From positions 57,972,001 to 58,036,000 of the forward strand of contig OZ076409.1 of NCBI GenBank assembly GCA_964187785.1: a stretch of 64,000 bases of DNA. Direction: 5' to 3'. Shown here piece after piece: positions 1 through 10,700 of this stretch. A program made the position numbers and the translations under genes. Source of the DNA: Amphiscolops sp. MND2022. Its lineage: Eukaryota. How positions within the stretch are numbered: position 1 is the stretch's first letter; every line of letters starts with the position of its first letter. Under the pieces are notes generated by a model that made no database searches, was not told the DNA's origin, and saw nothing but the letters and a program-made list of their open reading frames with translations.

Positions 1-2470
1 TTCTTCCCAGGAATTCGATTTGGGTGACACCAAAGTGGCATTTTTCAATTGTGAGTTTTAGTCCTGCCTTGCGGATGCATTTGAAGACTGCTCTGATGTT
101 CTTAATGAGTTGTTCCGTTGTGTTGGCGGCAATTCCAATGTCGTCCACATATTGGGCACACTGGTCTGCTTTGATGACGGTGTCGAGGTATTCCCGCATG
201 AAGCTCGAAAAGGCTGACAAGGCTCTACTAAGTCCTTGGGCTAGCCTACGATAGGCAAACGTTCTACTAGCAAAATTAAATGCAAGAAGTTCTACTGACC
301 TTTGATCTGCCATTTGGAGGCAGTGATAGGCTTGTGAGCAATCTAGTTTGCAGAACAGCTGCTTCCCCGCTAGGTGTTGTGCGGCATCTGAGAGGGTGCT
401 GATGGGGTGGTTGTTGTTTATGTAGTCATCTGAGATGAGGGCGTTGATCTTCCGTAAGTCCACTAGGAGCCGTAGTTTGCCGTTAGGTTTGCGTTGCGCG
501 AAGATGGGGCTGGCATATTTCGAGAATGGGAGGGTTGTGATGATCCCGTATTTGTGCATCAGTGCCAATTCTACTGTGAGGTCGTCCTTGAGGTTGATGG
601 GTACGGGGAGACTCTGTGTATATACCGGTTTGTCGTTTTTGGGAGTTAGGCATACCTTGAACTGGTTGTTCATTCCGATGTCCAGTCGGTGACGTGCAAA
701 AATGTCATTGAATTCGACTAGGGTGGACTCTAGGTTTTCACGGTCTTCTCCCGTTATTAGTGAATCATTCCATTTGAATAGCGAGAGGAATTGTGTTCTG
801 GATTTTTCGTCTTGTTTGGGGTCCAGTTCTTCTAATCTTTGTAGTTCGCGTAGTTCTCGTAGAATGCGTTGTTGGATGGGTTCCGATTCATCTCCGGGAT
901 TTTCGGGAGTTGGGAACCAGAATTTCTCTTCTGTTTGTTCTGACGAATCAACTTGCATCAGTGCATTAACGTACGCAACAACATCGTCGTGTTCGGTGAG
1001 TAGATTGAGGGCTGCTATATCTACTGCTCGTATCAATTTCGTTTCTTCAGGTTTCAGTATTTGTAATTCTGCTAGTTTCGTATGTGGCGTTACTGTATAG
1101 GGGAAGTCTGTGGTGTTCGCTATTTTTATCGCGACTCGTTTGTCTCGGGCTGTTGTTATTGCTGGGGCTACTATGAGTTTTGCATTTTCGTCGAATTGTG
1201 GTAAAGGTTGTACTGTCCCAGTTATTGAGTGGTCATTGCTTGTGGTGATGGAAGCGTGGATGATCCGCGTGGCTTGGGCTGGTATGGTGTGTTTTTCTTC
1301 CGTCTTGATAGTGATGGGTTTGGGGTTGCACTTTTGTCTTTCATCTTTTAGGGCTAGAGTGATTTGTATTTTAGGAAAGTCTATTGTTCCTTGTGCAGTA
1401 TCTAGGATTGCGGAATGTTTCCGGAGGAATGCCAGGCCAATGATTGGGTAAGATGTTTTGGTCATGATGATGAAAGTCTCCTCGAACGTGTAGTCACCGA
1501 TTTTGAACTGCATTGTGTATGTTGCACGGGCTTTTTCGATTTCTGTGTTGGCATATTGTATCTTGAAAGGGGGTGGAGGTGCCTTCGCGATTATGGCTGC
1601 GTTGGCTTCAGTTTGTATCTTGTCTGCGTCTCTTTCGCTGATGACGTTGATGTAGGCTCCCGAGTCGACTAATGCATCAATTCTAGTGTTTTCAAAGTCA
1701 AGAGGAATAAAGAGCATTCTTTTCTTCTTTTTGAGGGTAATTGCTGACATTAACGGAATGTAGTCGTCGTCTTTATCATGTTGTATGAATTCTTTTATGA
1801 TGTTGAGATCATATGGCAGTTGTTGTGGGCATTCCGTTACTTCGTCGTCTGCATGATTGTTGTCCTGAGTTGGCAATTCGGATGCTATTGTTGGTGGTGA
1901 TACTGTTTGATCATCTACCCCGCGTTGTTTTTTTGCCTGTTGTGTCCATATTGTTTTATCCTCGATGCAGATGATGTTCTCTGCATCTATTGGTGTGGAC
2001 GTGGTGGTGACGGGTGTTGGCGAGGACTGTGTTGTCTTTTTTAAGATTGGTGACGATGGTGGTGGTAGGGTTGTACTCTCGGTGAATTGGGCTTGAGGGT
2101 TTGAAACTTGGATCTTGAAGGAGAGTTTATTTGTGTCATAGATGGTTGGTTCATCCCAGGGGTCACATCTGTAGTCTCTATCATATATGTAGGTGCGTTC
2201 AGTCTTTGATTCTGGTAAGGGTCTTTTTAGTGTCGCGTAGTTATCGGGTGAATCTGTTATCCATTGGGGTAGTGGTGTTGGGTCTTCTGGGTGTCGGGCA
2301 TTGTGTCTAAGTATCATGCCTACGTTCCAACGGCGTTGCCAGTCCTGAGTGGGTTCCTCATTGCATTCTGTGAGGAAATCTTCTTCATATCTGTTTGGGG
2401 GGTCTTCTATTAAGTACGCCCTTGCGTCTACCGTTTCCCCGAAGCGGAGGCGCGGCGTTCTTAGTTTTTT
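1..2470 (-). CDS. pol: Pol of element A (partial; protease, dUTPase-like linker, reverse transcriptase), in the -1 frame relative to gag
   Basis: Manual translation from the slippery site gives KKLRTPRLRFGETV...DWQRRW, matching C's PHLRFGETV...DWQRRW. ALVDSGA at about 1660-1680 and CAQYVDD at about 140-160; the YVDD codons are in the expected -1 frame. Probably missing from the ORF track because it runs off the window. Confidence 0.88.
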
Positions 2471-3774
2471 GGCTGGATTTCAATGGAAGGGATTGGTTGT
2501 TCGCTGATTTGGTTTGTGGGTATGGCGAACTCGTGTCGTTTCTTCCTAGGGTCATTCGCCGCGTTAGCTCCGTACCAGCAGTTCTCGGTTTTGTGGAGCT
2601 TTCCACAAGTGTCACACTTTGGTTTGGGTGGTTCAATGGTGTTGGGGACACCGTTCTGTGCTTTAGTTTCGTAGTAACGATCTTTTCGTAATTTGCGGCA
2701 TTGTGCTTTATAATGCCCCTGTTTGCCACAGTGGAAGCAACTTCCTCGATGGGTGAGTTCCTTTTTTGGTTCCGGTGGGACGACGTCGACCGTATTTAGT
2801 GGTACTAGTGTGGTTTCGTCTGGGGTTCCCAGGCCATTAAGGCGCATCTCTCGTTCGAGATGTAGGACAATATCGTTATAGGGTTTGTCCTCGAGGTAGG
2901 CTCGGTTAAGAATCTTTTTGACGTGGTCCGGCATTTTGGCGTATATGGCTTTGTCTATAAATTTTTGTGCTTCTGAGCCGAACGCTTCCTTAGCCGTTTT
3001 TTGCAGTGTATCCAAAAATTCATGTAATTTTTGCTTGGTTGGGTCAAAATGTAGCGAGTCCCATTCACATCTCGCCTTGGCAGAAGATTGAAAATCTCCG
3101 AAGCGCCGTTTAAACGCCGTAATTACCTCCTCTAAGTTATCTTTTTTGGCATCGTCTAAGTTGCAATATGCTTGTAGTTCGAATTTTTCTGACTTACCAT
3201 CGAATACAGGCAATGATGCAGTGAGTGCTTTGGGCATTGAGGGTAGGTGGGGCGGCTGGTGTATTTCCGGTTGGGGAGCGAAGAGTAGTCGTGATGTCGA
3301 AGGACATTCGTTGGGTGGCAAACTTTGTGGGCGATGCGGTCGTGTTTTCTTCTTTCCGAGGTTCGTTGAGTCATTGAGGACTCCTGTCACCATGTTACGA
3401 CTATTTATCGGGGTGATTTTACGATTAGTCGCAGTGGTTTTATTTTTGATTGGTGTTGAAGTTGCATTTTCCGGGATATTTTTGGATTCAGAATCTGTTT
3501 CTTCAGTAGCAGTTATGACGGTCTGTTTTTTAACAGGAGGAGCTATTAGTTTTAGCATCTCCTTTTGATTTTCAGCTAAGATTTTAGTAAGATCAGACAT
3601 GATCTCTTTCCTCAGTGAAGACTTGATTTCCTCTAGATTTTCAGCGAGTACCCTAGGAGATTTACTCGTTCCCGCTACAGGATTTAGGTTTTGGTTAGTC
3701 TCAGGTATTGGGGTCTCCATTTCGGTAGAAACTAGTTCTTGAACAGCTTTTCTCTTCTGACTTCTAGTAGTCAT
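2461..3774 (-). CDS. gag: Gag of element A (starts in LTR; in-frame internal deletion in capsid region)
   Basis: ORF 2461..3789, first ATG at 3774. Zinc knuckles CFHCGKQGHYKAQC and CDTCGKLHKTENC. HLEREM motif shared with B and C. Confidence 0.9.
   Translation of the reverse strand: MTTRSQKRKAVQELVSTEMETPIPETNQNLNPVAGTSKSPRVLAENLEEIKSSLRKEIMSDLTKILAENQKEMLKLIAPPVKKQTVITATEETDSESKNIPENATSTPIKNKTTATNRKITPINSRNMVTGVLNDSTNLGKKKTRPHRPQSLPPNECPSTSRLLFAPQPEIHQPPHLPSMPKALTASLPVFDGKSEKFELQAYCNLDDAKKDNLEEVITAFKRRFGDFQSSAKARCEWDSLHFDPTKQKLHEFLDTLQKTAKEAFGSEAQKFIDKAIYAKMPDHVKKILNRAYLEDKPYNDIVLHLEREMRLNGLGTPDETTLVPLNTVDVVPPEPKKELTHRGSCFHCGKQGHYKAQCRKLRKDRYYETKAQNGVPNTIEPPKPKCDTCGKLHKTENCWYGANAANDPRKKRHEFAIPTNQISEQPIPSIEIQPKN
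3380..3392 (-). promoter_or_regulatory. Primer-binding site of A (TGGTGACAGGAGT, probably tRNA-Leu)
   Basis: TGG directly after the LTR-terminal CA; identical to C's PBS. Resembles the complement of a tRNA-Leu 3' end (canonical TGGTGTCAGGAGT). Confidence 0.8.
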
Positions 3775-4840
3775 TTTTAGGCAGAGCAAGAGAGTGATTG
3801 TTCTTTGGAAAACTTGAATTCTTCAAAGAAATATGGTTTTCAAAACGAAGTATTAACGGAGTAGATTAGGAAACAGATTAAACAGATTTACAAATCCTTA
3901 GGTATATATACTTTCACAGCATCATTTGTTCCTCACCTAAAAATTCCTAGGAATCCTTAAATCAGTTTTGTTCATCAAAATTGCTTAATCATCCTTATTA
4001 TTTCAACCTTTCAATTAATTGTTCACGATTTAAAATTCCTAGTTACGGCTCCCTTACGGAGTACTTTGTTGAAATCATTTTTGTTCATTATCATCATTTC
4101 CGGTTTGATCGCGGAAAAAGGCGGCAAACTGAAAGTCTAGTTGAATTTTCATCGAGAAAGGCACGCTGGCGTGATCAATGATTCATCTCGAGACTAGTAA
4201 AATCGTCTGTTCACGATAAAAGAATGACAAGCAAAACTGACTACGGAAATATCTCGGAGTGATTTTGGATAAATGTGCTGAGAATATTTTGAAAAGAACA
4301 AAAGATGCTGGAAAACGGTTAATATCGATCAAGAGCTGAGATAGCAACCAACACAAAATCATTTTGAGCTTCTGAACTAATTTTACATGTATTGGAACAT
4401 AATGGTTTGATTAATACAAATCAGTGGCTCATCTAGCCCAAAGAACATAACATAATAAATGTACAAAACATCCTTTTCCGAAATGAAGGAAAGCACCTTT
4501 TCTTTTAATGATTTCCTTAATGATGTTTTAATCTGTAGTACGATCATTTTTATTAGGTATTAAACGGGAACAATTCGGAAAGGTATTATTTTAATGTTAT
4601 GATATTTTGAACATTCCTTTTCAGTTCCGTATAGCATAGGGAGTATCTTGATGTATTAGGTATTAGAACAATTGTGATCTTGTAGCATTTCTTTTTAGTT
4701 GTCCTGTATGTATTAACATTAGGCATAACCTTTTCATTTCACAATTTGCTCCGTAAGCGCTCCGTACGTATTAAGATTAGGTATAGCTTCTTCGCATTAC
4801 AATTTGCTCCGTAAGCGCTCCGTACGTATTAAGTTTAGGT
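3393..4840 (-). repeat. 5' LTR of A, major segment (remainder at 21824-21874)
   Basis: Inner boundary set by the PBS. The about 58-bp tandem unit at 4720-4840 resumes directly after element B's target-site duplication. Confidence 0.75.
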
Positions 4841-6669
4841 TGTCGCCGACCTACCCGTGCGAGATATCCGGGGTGCAACATCAGTGAAGCAGTCAACGCT
4901 GTTTACCCATCATCGTAGCTGTCTACCCGAATATGGACAGGAACTCAATGAACATTTCAAATTTTAAACTTAAACAATGTTGGTTATTGTTCGTTTAATA
5001 AAATGTTGCTTTCGTTTGTACATTTCATCTAAAATGATGATTGCTGAATGTCGTTACTGTTGTTATTGTTTCACCCATAAGGTGCTTTGATTAATTGAAA
5101 AATAACTGGAAAGGTAACACCTAAGTTACCAATACAGTGCTAAACCTTTGTTTTACCATCCTAAATCATAGAAAGGAATTAAATCCAATGGTCTTATATA
5201 TCTGTACCACATCAGAGCGTTTGTAGTTCAATCATGAAGAAAATGATCAAAAACAGTATGATGATTCATTTAGAAACCAGCATAATGATCTAGTACATCT
5301 ATTTGATACTGATTATGCGGCATTATGCGGTTTTCATGAAGCAGCATATGCGGTTTTGTTAAAGAAACAGCATATGCGGTTTTATTAAAGAAACAGCATA
5401 ATGATTATATGCGCAGTGTAGTTCATGCTTTGTATTGCATTATGCGGAAATTCAACAAAAACAGCATGACGACTTGAGTTAAAAACAGCATATGCGGAAA
5501 TCTAGCAGAAACAGCATGACGGTTCAGATTGGAAACAAACAGCATATGCGGAAATCCCGTGGAAACAGCATGACGTTTCAATACGGGAGCAGCATATGCG
5601 GAAACCTGACAAAAACAGTATGAAGTTTTAACTGAAAAGCAGCATAATGATTCTTATTTCAGTTGGTAAAATTATACTGCATTATGAGGATTTCATGAGA
5701 CTGCATATACTACATTATGATGTAAAACAGCATAATTTGCAGAATTCTTAGTGCTATGCTGTTGTGAGTCCCAGTGCTATATTTAGACCTTCCAGGAGTC
5801 TGACGTAATATCATATTTTTAACATTTGACCCTAGATATATGACGTTATGATGATTTGAGTAAATTTGATGGTCATGCAACTAAAAATACCGCCCAATAA
5901 AATCACTTGAGAAGGACCCCCTTAAAAATCATTTTTTCCACGATCATTCGCAACATAACACTCGAACAGAACAGTTGTTCAAATTCAAACCCAAACAACT
6001 TTGCAGTTTCTGAATTTACAGTTCTCTTTTCTGTAAAATAATTCCCAACTTTCATTTCACCCTATATCTTTGAAATTCAAAGATTTTCTTCAATCAAAAC
6101 TGTTTTCAACATGGGGAACAGGAGGAATAGAAGGACAAGAAGAACTACATCTCAGTCTTCAGACAGAGACGAAAATACACCAGAAACTAGTTTCGCACAA
6201 GGTAATGCGACTTTAAATAATGTTTCTGAAAATGTTAACAATATTTTTGACAGGAACTTAGGCAGTGAACTAACAGAACCGTCTCAAATAAGCAATGAGA
6301 TAGAAGTTATTTCGCAAAGACTAACAGAACAGAACAACGACAAGATGTCGCAGATTGAAGAGCATCTAAATAACAAATTTGAAGAGATACTTAAGGAGAT
6401 TAGAACAAACAAAAACTACATAGTAATAACTGATGAGGAGGATGCCGAGAAAAACCAACCTGGTCCTTCTAACTCTAAAAATAAGGGTCTCAGAAACAAA
6501 CACGCATCAAACACAGCTCTAGACAAAAATAAGAATCAGGATAATCGGTTCTATCCATCTGAAATGAGTGAATTAAGACAACCATACACTCCCCTTGGGA
6601 TTACTGAAAACACATTGGACGAATCCATCATTATAAATGAAAACAGACATGAGAAGGCCGATCATCACA
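4841..6669 (+). repeat. 5' LTR of B
   Basis: TGTCGCC...CATCACA. Direct repeat of 19990-21818 with about 6 substitutions seen by eye. Confidence 0.97.
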
Positions 6670-7775
6670 TGGTGACAGGACCTACCAAGAACATTCTGAG
6701 ACAAAGTTCGACTAACTCCAACATCACAAATACACAAGGACCACACGCACAAACTCCTCTCGAGCATCCTGAGCAAACAGATCCCGTCAGCCAAATTGCC
6801 ATAGCAATCGAAAATCTTGCACGAAGAAATACAGAACCATCTCTTTTCCACCCGAAGAATACGCTTACTTTCAACGGGAAATTAGAGAAAAATGAAAAGT
6901 TCGAGTATTTTGAAGACCTTTTCCACACAACACTCAAAATGCAACCACACCTCACGGAGGACATGAAAATCAACCATTTCCATGCTCATCTAAGAGGACT
7001 AGCATTGAAAACTTTCAAAAACATTCAAAGAACTCCGACAACAACACTTGAAGACATACTAGTAGTCTTCAGGAGGAAATATGTTAAGCCCGAATCCAGC
7101 GCCTCAGCAAAACACAGATTTAACAGACTTATGTTCCAACCAGAAAACCAAAAACTACCCGACTTTCTTGAAGACCTCCAAGAAAGCGCTGAAAAAGCTT
7201 TCGGTGAAGCAGCACCACAGATGATTGAGAGCCTGATATATGCAAAAATGCCCCCTCATCTCAAAAAATCAATCAACCAGGCTTACTTCGAAAACGGTAC
7301 CTATGAACAAATAGTGAAACATCTAGAAAGAGAGATGGAGCTCAATGGACTCGAAGCGGATGAGCCCCTAGTGAAAACTCAAATGACGGCAGTCAAACAA
7401 ACCAACACCCAAAACACTAAAACACCCTCACAAAACACAAAAACAAAAACAAAAACCCCAAACACAGTACCCAACAACACACTTCAAGATAACCAATGCC
7501 GATACTGCAAGGATGAAGGCCACATAGCAAAAGAGTGCCCAAAACTTGCAAAGCGACAAAAAATGGATCAAGATCCAGATGCACCAAGATGTTCCCATTG
7601 TAACACTCCTGGTCATGAGGAACCAAACTGTTACTTTGGAGCTAACATGGAAAATCGTCCATCTAAATGGACACTCACTGAAACCCAGAAAAAACTAATC
7701 GAAGAATATAAAAAATCAAACAAACCAATCAACCCTCGAACTCCGAAACCTTCAACATCGAAGGATTTAAACTAA
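6111..7775 (+). CDS. gag: Gag of element B (554 aa; first 186 codons inside the LTR)
   Basis: Capsid-like FEYFEDLF...HLEREMELNGL; knuckles CRYCKDEGHIAKEC and CSHCNTPGHEEPNC. Confidence 0.95.
   Translation: MGNRRNRRTRRTTSQSSDRDENTPETSFAQGNATLNNVSENVNNIFDRNLGSELTEPSQISNEIEVISQRLTEQNNDKMSQIEEHLNNKFEEILKEIRTNKNYIVITDEEDAEKNQPGPSNSKNKGLRNKHASNTALDKNKNQDNRFYPSEMSELRQPYTPLGITENTLDESIIINENRHEKADHHMVTGPTKNILRQSSTNSNITNTQGPHAQTPLEHPEQTDPVSQIAIAIENLARRNTEPSLFHPKNTLTFNGKLEKNEKFEYFEDLFHTTLKMQPHLTEDMKINHFHAHLRGLALKTFKNIQRTPTTTLEDILVVFRRKYVKPESSASAKHRFNRLMFQPENQKLPDFLEDLQESAEKAFGEAAPQMIESLIYAKMPPHLKKSINQAYFENGTYEQIVKHLEREMELNGLEADEPLVKTQMTAVKQTNTQNTKTPSQNTKTKTKTPNTVPNNTLQDNQCRYCKDEGHIAKECPKLAKRQKMDQDPDAPRCSHCNTPGHEEPNCYFGANMENRPSKWTLTETQKKLIEEYKKSNKPINPRTPKPSTSKDLN
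6670..6680 (+). promoter_or_regulatory. Primer-binding site of B (TGGTGACAGGA)
   Basis: Immediately follows the LTR-terminal CA; same core as A and C. Confidence 0.85.
7766..7772 (+). promoter_or_regulatory. -1 ribosomal frameshift heptamer T TTA AAC at the gag/pol junction of B
   Basis: X XXY YYZ pattern immediately before the gag stop; the -1 frame matches the pol ORF frame. Confidence 0.8.
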
Positions 7776-10700
7776 TAAAGCCACGTCTTCAAAACGAAAC
7801 ACCACAAAAACAACTCTCAACTGATGACTGGCAGCATCAGCAGAGCCCAAAACCAATAAAAACCACAGTCTTTGATCACCACACTAATAAAAACGACTCT
7901 CACACTACAGACACCCAAAATACCATTCCAAACACTTCAACGGAAGATCTCTATGACTTACTCAAAGATGCCCCAGATAATTATCTACTACGACATATAT
8001 TCGAACCCGAAATTGAACCCGAAATACAAAATCAGCAACCCACAATCTCACAACCCCAAGAAACACAAACTGACCAATCAAACGTACAATCTACATCGAC
8101 AACCCAAACTGACAATGACACTACATCGGAATTAACCAAAACTCTCTTCAATGCGTCTCCTGGAAAACAACCTCTCCTTGATGCTGACGTTTTCAATCAC
8201 CTCACAACAGACGAAGGTAATAACGTCGCATACCTAAACCTTTCCACAAACCTTACCCTTAAAAAGAAACGTCATATGTACTACTTCCCAATGGATTTCG
8301 AAAAACTAACTCTGGATGGACTTATTGATACTGGCGCTCTTACTAGTGCCATCTCTGAAGAAGACCTTAACAAAATAAAGCTCCTTTCAAACGAAGCCAT
8401 AAAAGATACTGGTCCAGCACCCAACTTTCAAATCATGGTAGCCAATGGTCAACTTGAGCGACCTATCGGCACCGTCTTACTCCAGTTTGAAGTAGCAGAC
8501 TTCCAATTTCAAGAAAACTTCATCGTCATGAAGGTGCTACCCAACCCATTAATCGGCCTGTGTTTCCTACAAAGACACAACGCTATGTTTGATATACGAC
8601 AGGGGATTATTACCTTCCCCTACTTGTCCATGCAACTACGACCAGATCACACAACAAATACCCGAACAACAACACCTCTTCTAACAGAAACTTCATATAC
8701 CCTACAACCTGGCGAAACCCTTGCAATCTCCAGCAAAATGCCACACCTGATAGATCACAATGCCACAGGCATTGTAACTCCGTCTTCACACATGGAAGAA
8801 CATGAAAATATTTTTATTGCATCTTCCCTGAGTACGGTTAATAACAATGCAGTGGGCTACCAAGTGATCAACTTTTCGGATATGCCCTACACCATCCCAA
8901 CGGATACACACATGGCAGATTTCCGAGTCCTCACGCCCGAACAGATTAAACACATCAAACCTGTTGATCCATCAACCCTCACATTCATGATGCACCAACA
9001 CATAGAAAACACAGATTTATACCTCAACCAATTGGTGAAAACAAATCAATCATCAGACGAACAAGAAACTTACTGGTTCCCAACGCCTGAAGAACCTGGG
9101 GATCCAGACACATATACTCCAATACAACAACGCATATATGATGAACTACTAGAACTCAAACAACTAGAACAATTAAACCCAAACGACAACGATGAATCAA
9201 GAAGGAAATTTCTCAGTCACTTCGACTGGACAGACACCACCCTGAGCCCATTCGAAAAACAGCACATAGAAGACATTCTGGTACAATATCACGACATCTT
9301 CGCTAGACATCGTTTTGATATAGGTACCAATAGAGAATTCAAGGTCAAACTGACTCCGAATGATGACCGACCAGCCTACAGTCAAAGTCTTCCTACTCCC
9401 ATCAACCTCAAGGACGACATAACTGTTGAACTGGCCCTTCTTCATCGTTATGGAATCATCACGACCCTACCGTTCTCTAAATACGCAAGCCCTATTTTTG
9501 CTCAGAGGAAACCAAATGGACGTCTTCGACTTTTGGTGGACCTCCGTAAAATCAACAACCTCATCACTCAAGACTACGTGAACAACAATCACCCAGTTAG
9601 CACGTTGTGAGAAGCAGCACAACATATGGCTGGTAAAAAACTTTTTTGCAAACTCGATTGCTCTCAAGCATACCATTGTTTGCAAATGGCAGACTATCAG
9701 TCCATACAGATGCTAGCCTTTAACTTCGCGAGCCGAACATTCGCATATCGTCGCCTCGCACAAGGACTCAGCCGATCCCTGTCTGCTTTCTCATCCTTTA
9801 TGAGAGAATATTTGGACAAGGCAATCAAAGCTGATCAGTGCGCTCAATATGTTGATGACATCGGCATTGCTGCAAATGATTCTACCCAACTTTGCATCAA
9901 CATCAAAACAGTCTTTGAATGCATACGCAAAGCAGGACTCAAGCTTACGATGGCCAAATGCCATTTCGGAGTCAAACAAGTTGACTTCTTGGGTCGAACA
10001 ATTACCCCACAAGGAGTCTCACCCCAAACCGAAAAAGTCAAACAATTCCTTCAAAAACTTAAATTTCCGAAATCCAAAAAAGCACTCCAAAGATATATTG
10101 GGTTTCTCAACTACTACAGAAACTACATCCCTCGCCTATCAGAAAAACTAACTCCTTTTTTCAAATTGCTCAAACAAACATCACAATTTTTCATTCCGGA
10201 TACAATTCTAGAAGCATTCAAAAATCTCAACCAACAACTGGAACAATCATGCAAACTTGCTCTCAAACAATAGATTAAAAATAAACAACTCATATTGATG
10301 ACCGATGCCAGCTTCACAGCTGCAGGATATGCAATCATGATTGAAGATGACCCCGACCAAAAGCTACAATCTATAAGAAAAACCTATGCTCCAATAGCTT
10401 TCGGTTCAAAAACTTTTAACACAACCCAATTGAAAATGTCAATATACGCAAAAGAGTTCCTAGCCATCTATTTTGCGTTTTCTGAATTTGGACACTTAAT
10501 GTGGGGAAGCGTCTTCCCTGTTATCGTCTTCACAGATAACAGATCCGTAACACGCTTTTTCCAAACAAAAATCATTCCTCCGGCTCTTTGGAACGCATGC
10601 GATTACGTCCTCCAATACAACTTCGTCATTGCACATGTTGCCGGAGCCATGAATACGGCTGCAGACTTCCTATCGCGCGCTGAATGGAACCCTACAGAAA

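Larger units (their letters stand above)
1..4840 (-). mobile_element. Ty3/gypsy LTR retrotransposon A (5' part: LTR, gag, PR-RT). Continues beyond the window start; its LTR is split by element B
   Basis: Gag with CCHC knuckles, protease LVDSGA, RT QYVDD, PBS, and LTR end CA abutting the PBS. Clear protein similarity to elements B and C. Confidence 0.93.

Noticed and set aside
5310..5650. Repeat-and-variable-spacer pattern as a CRISPR array
   Set aside because: Conserved parts are only 6-10 nt and the variable parts 7-14 nt; it fits a binding-site cluster.
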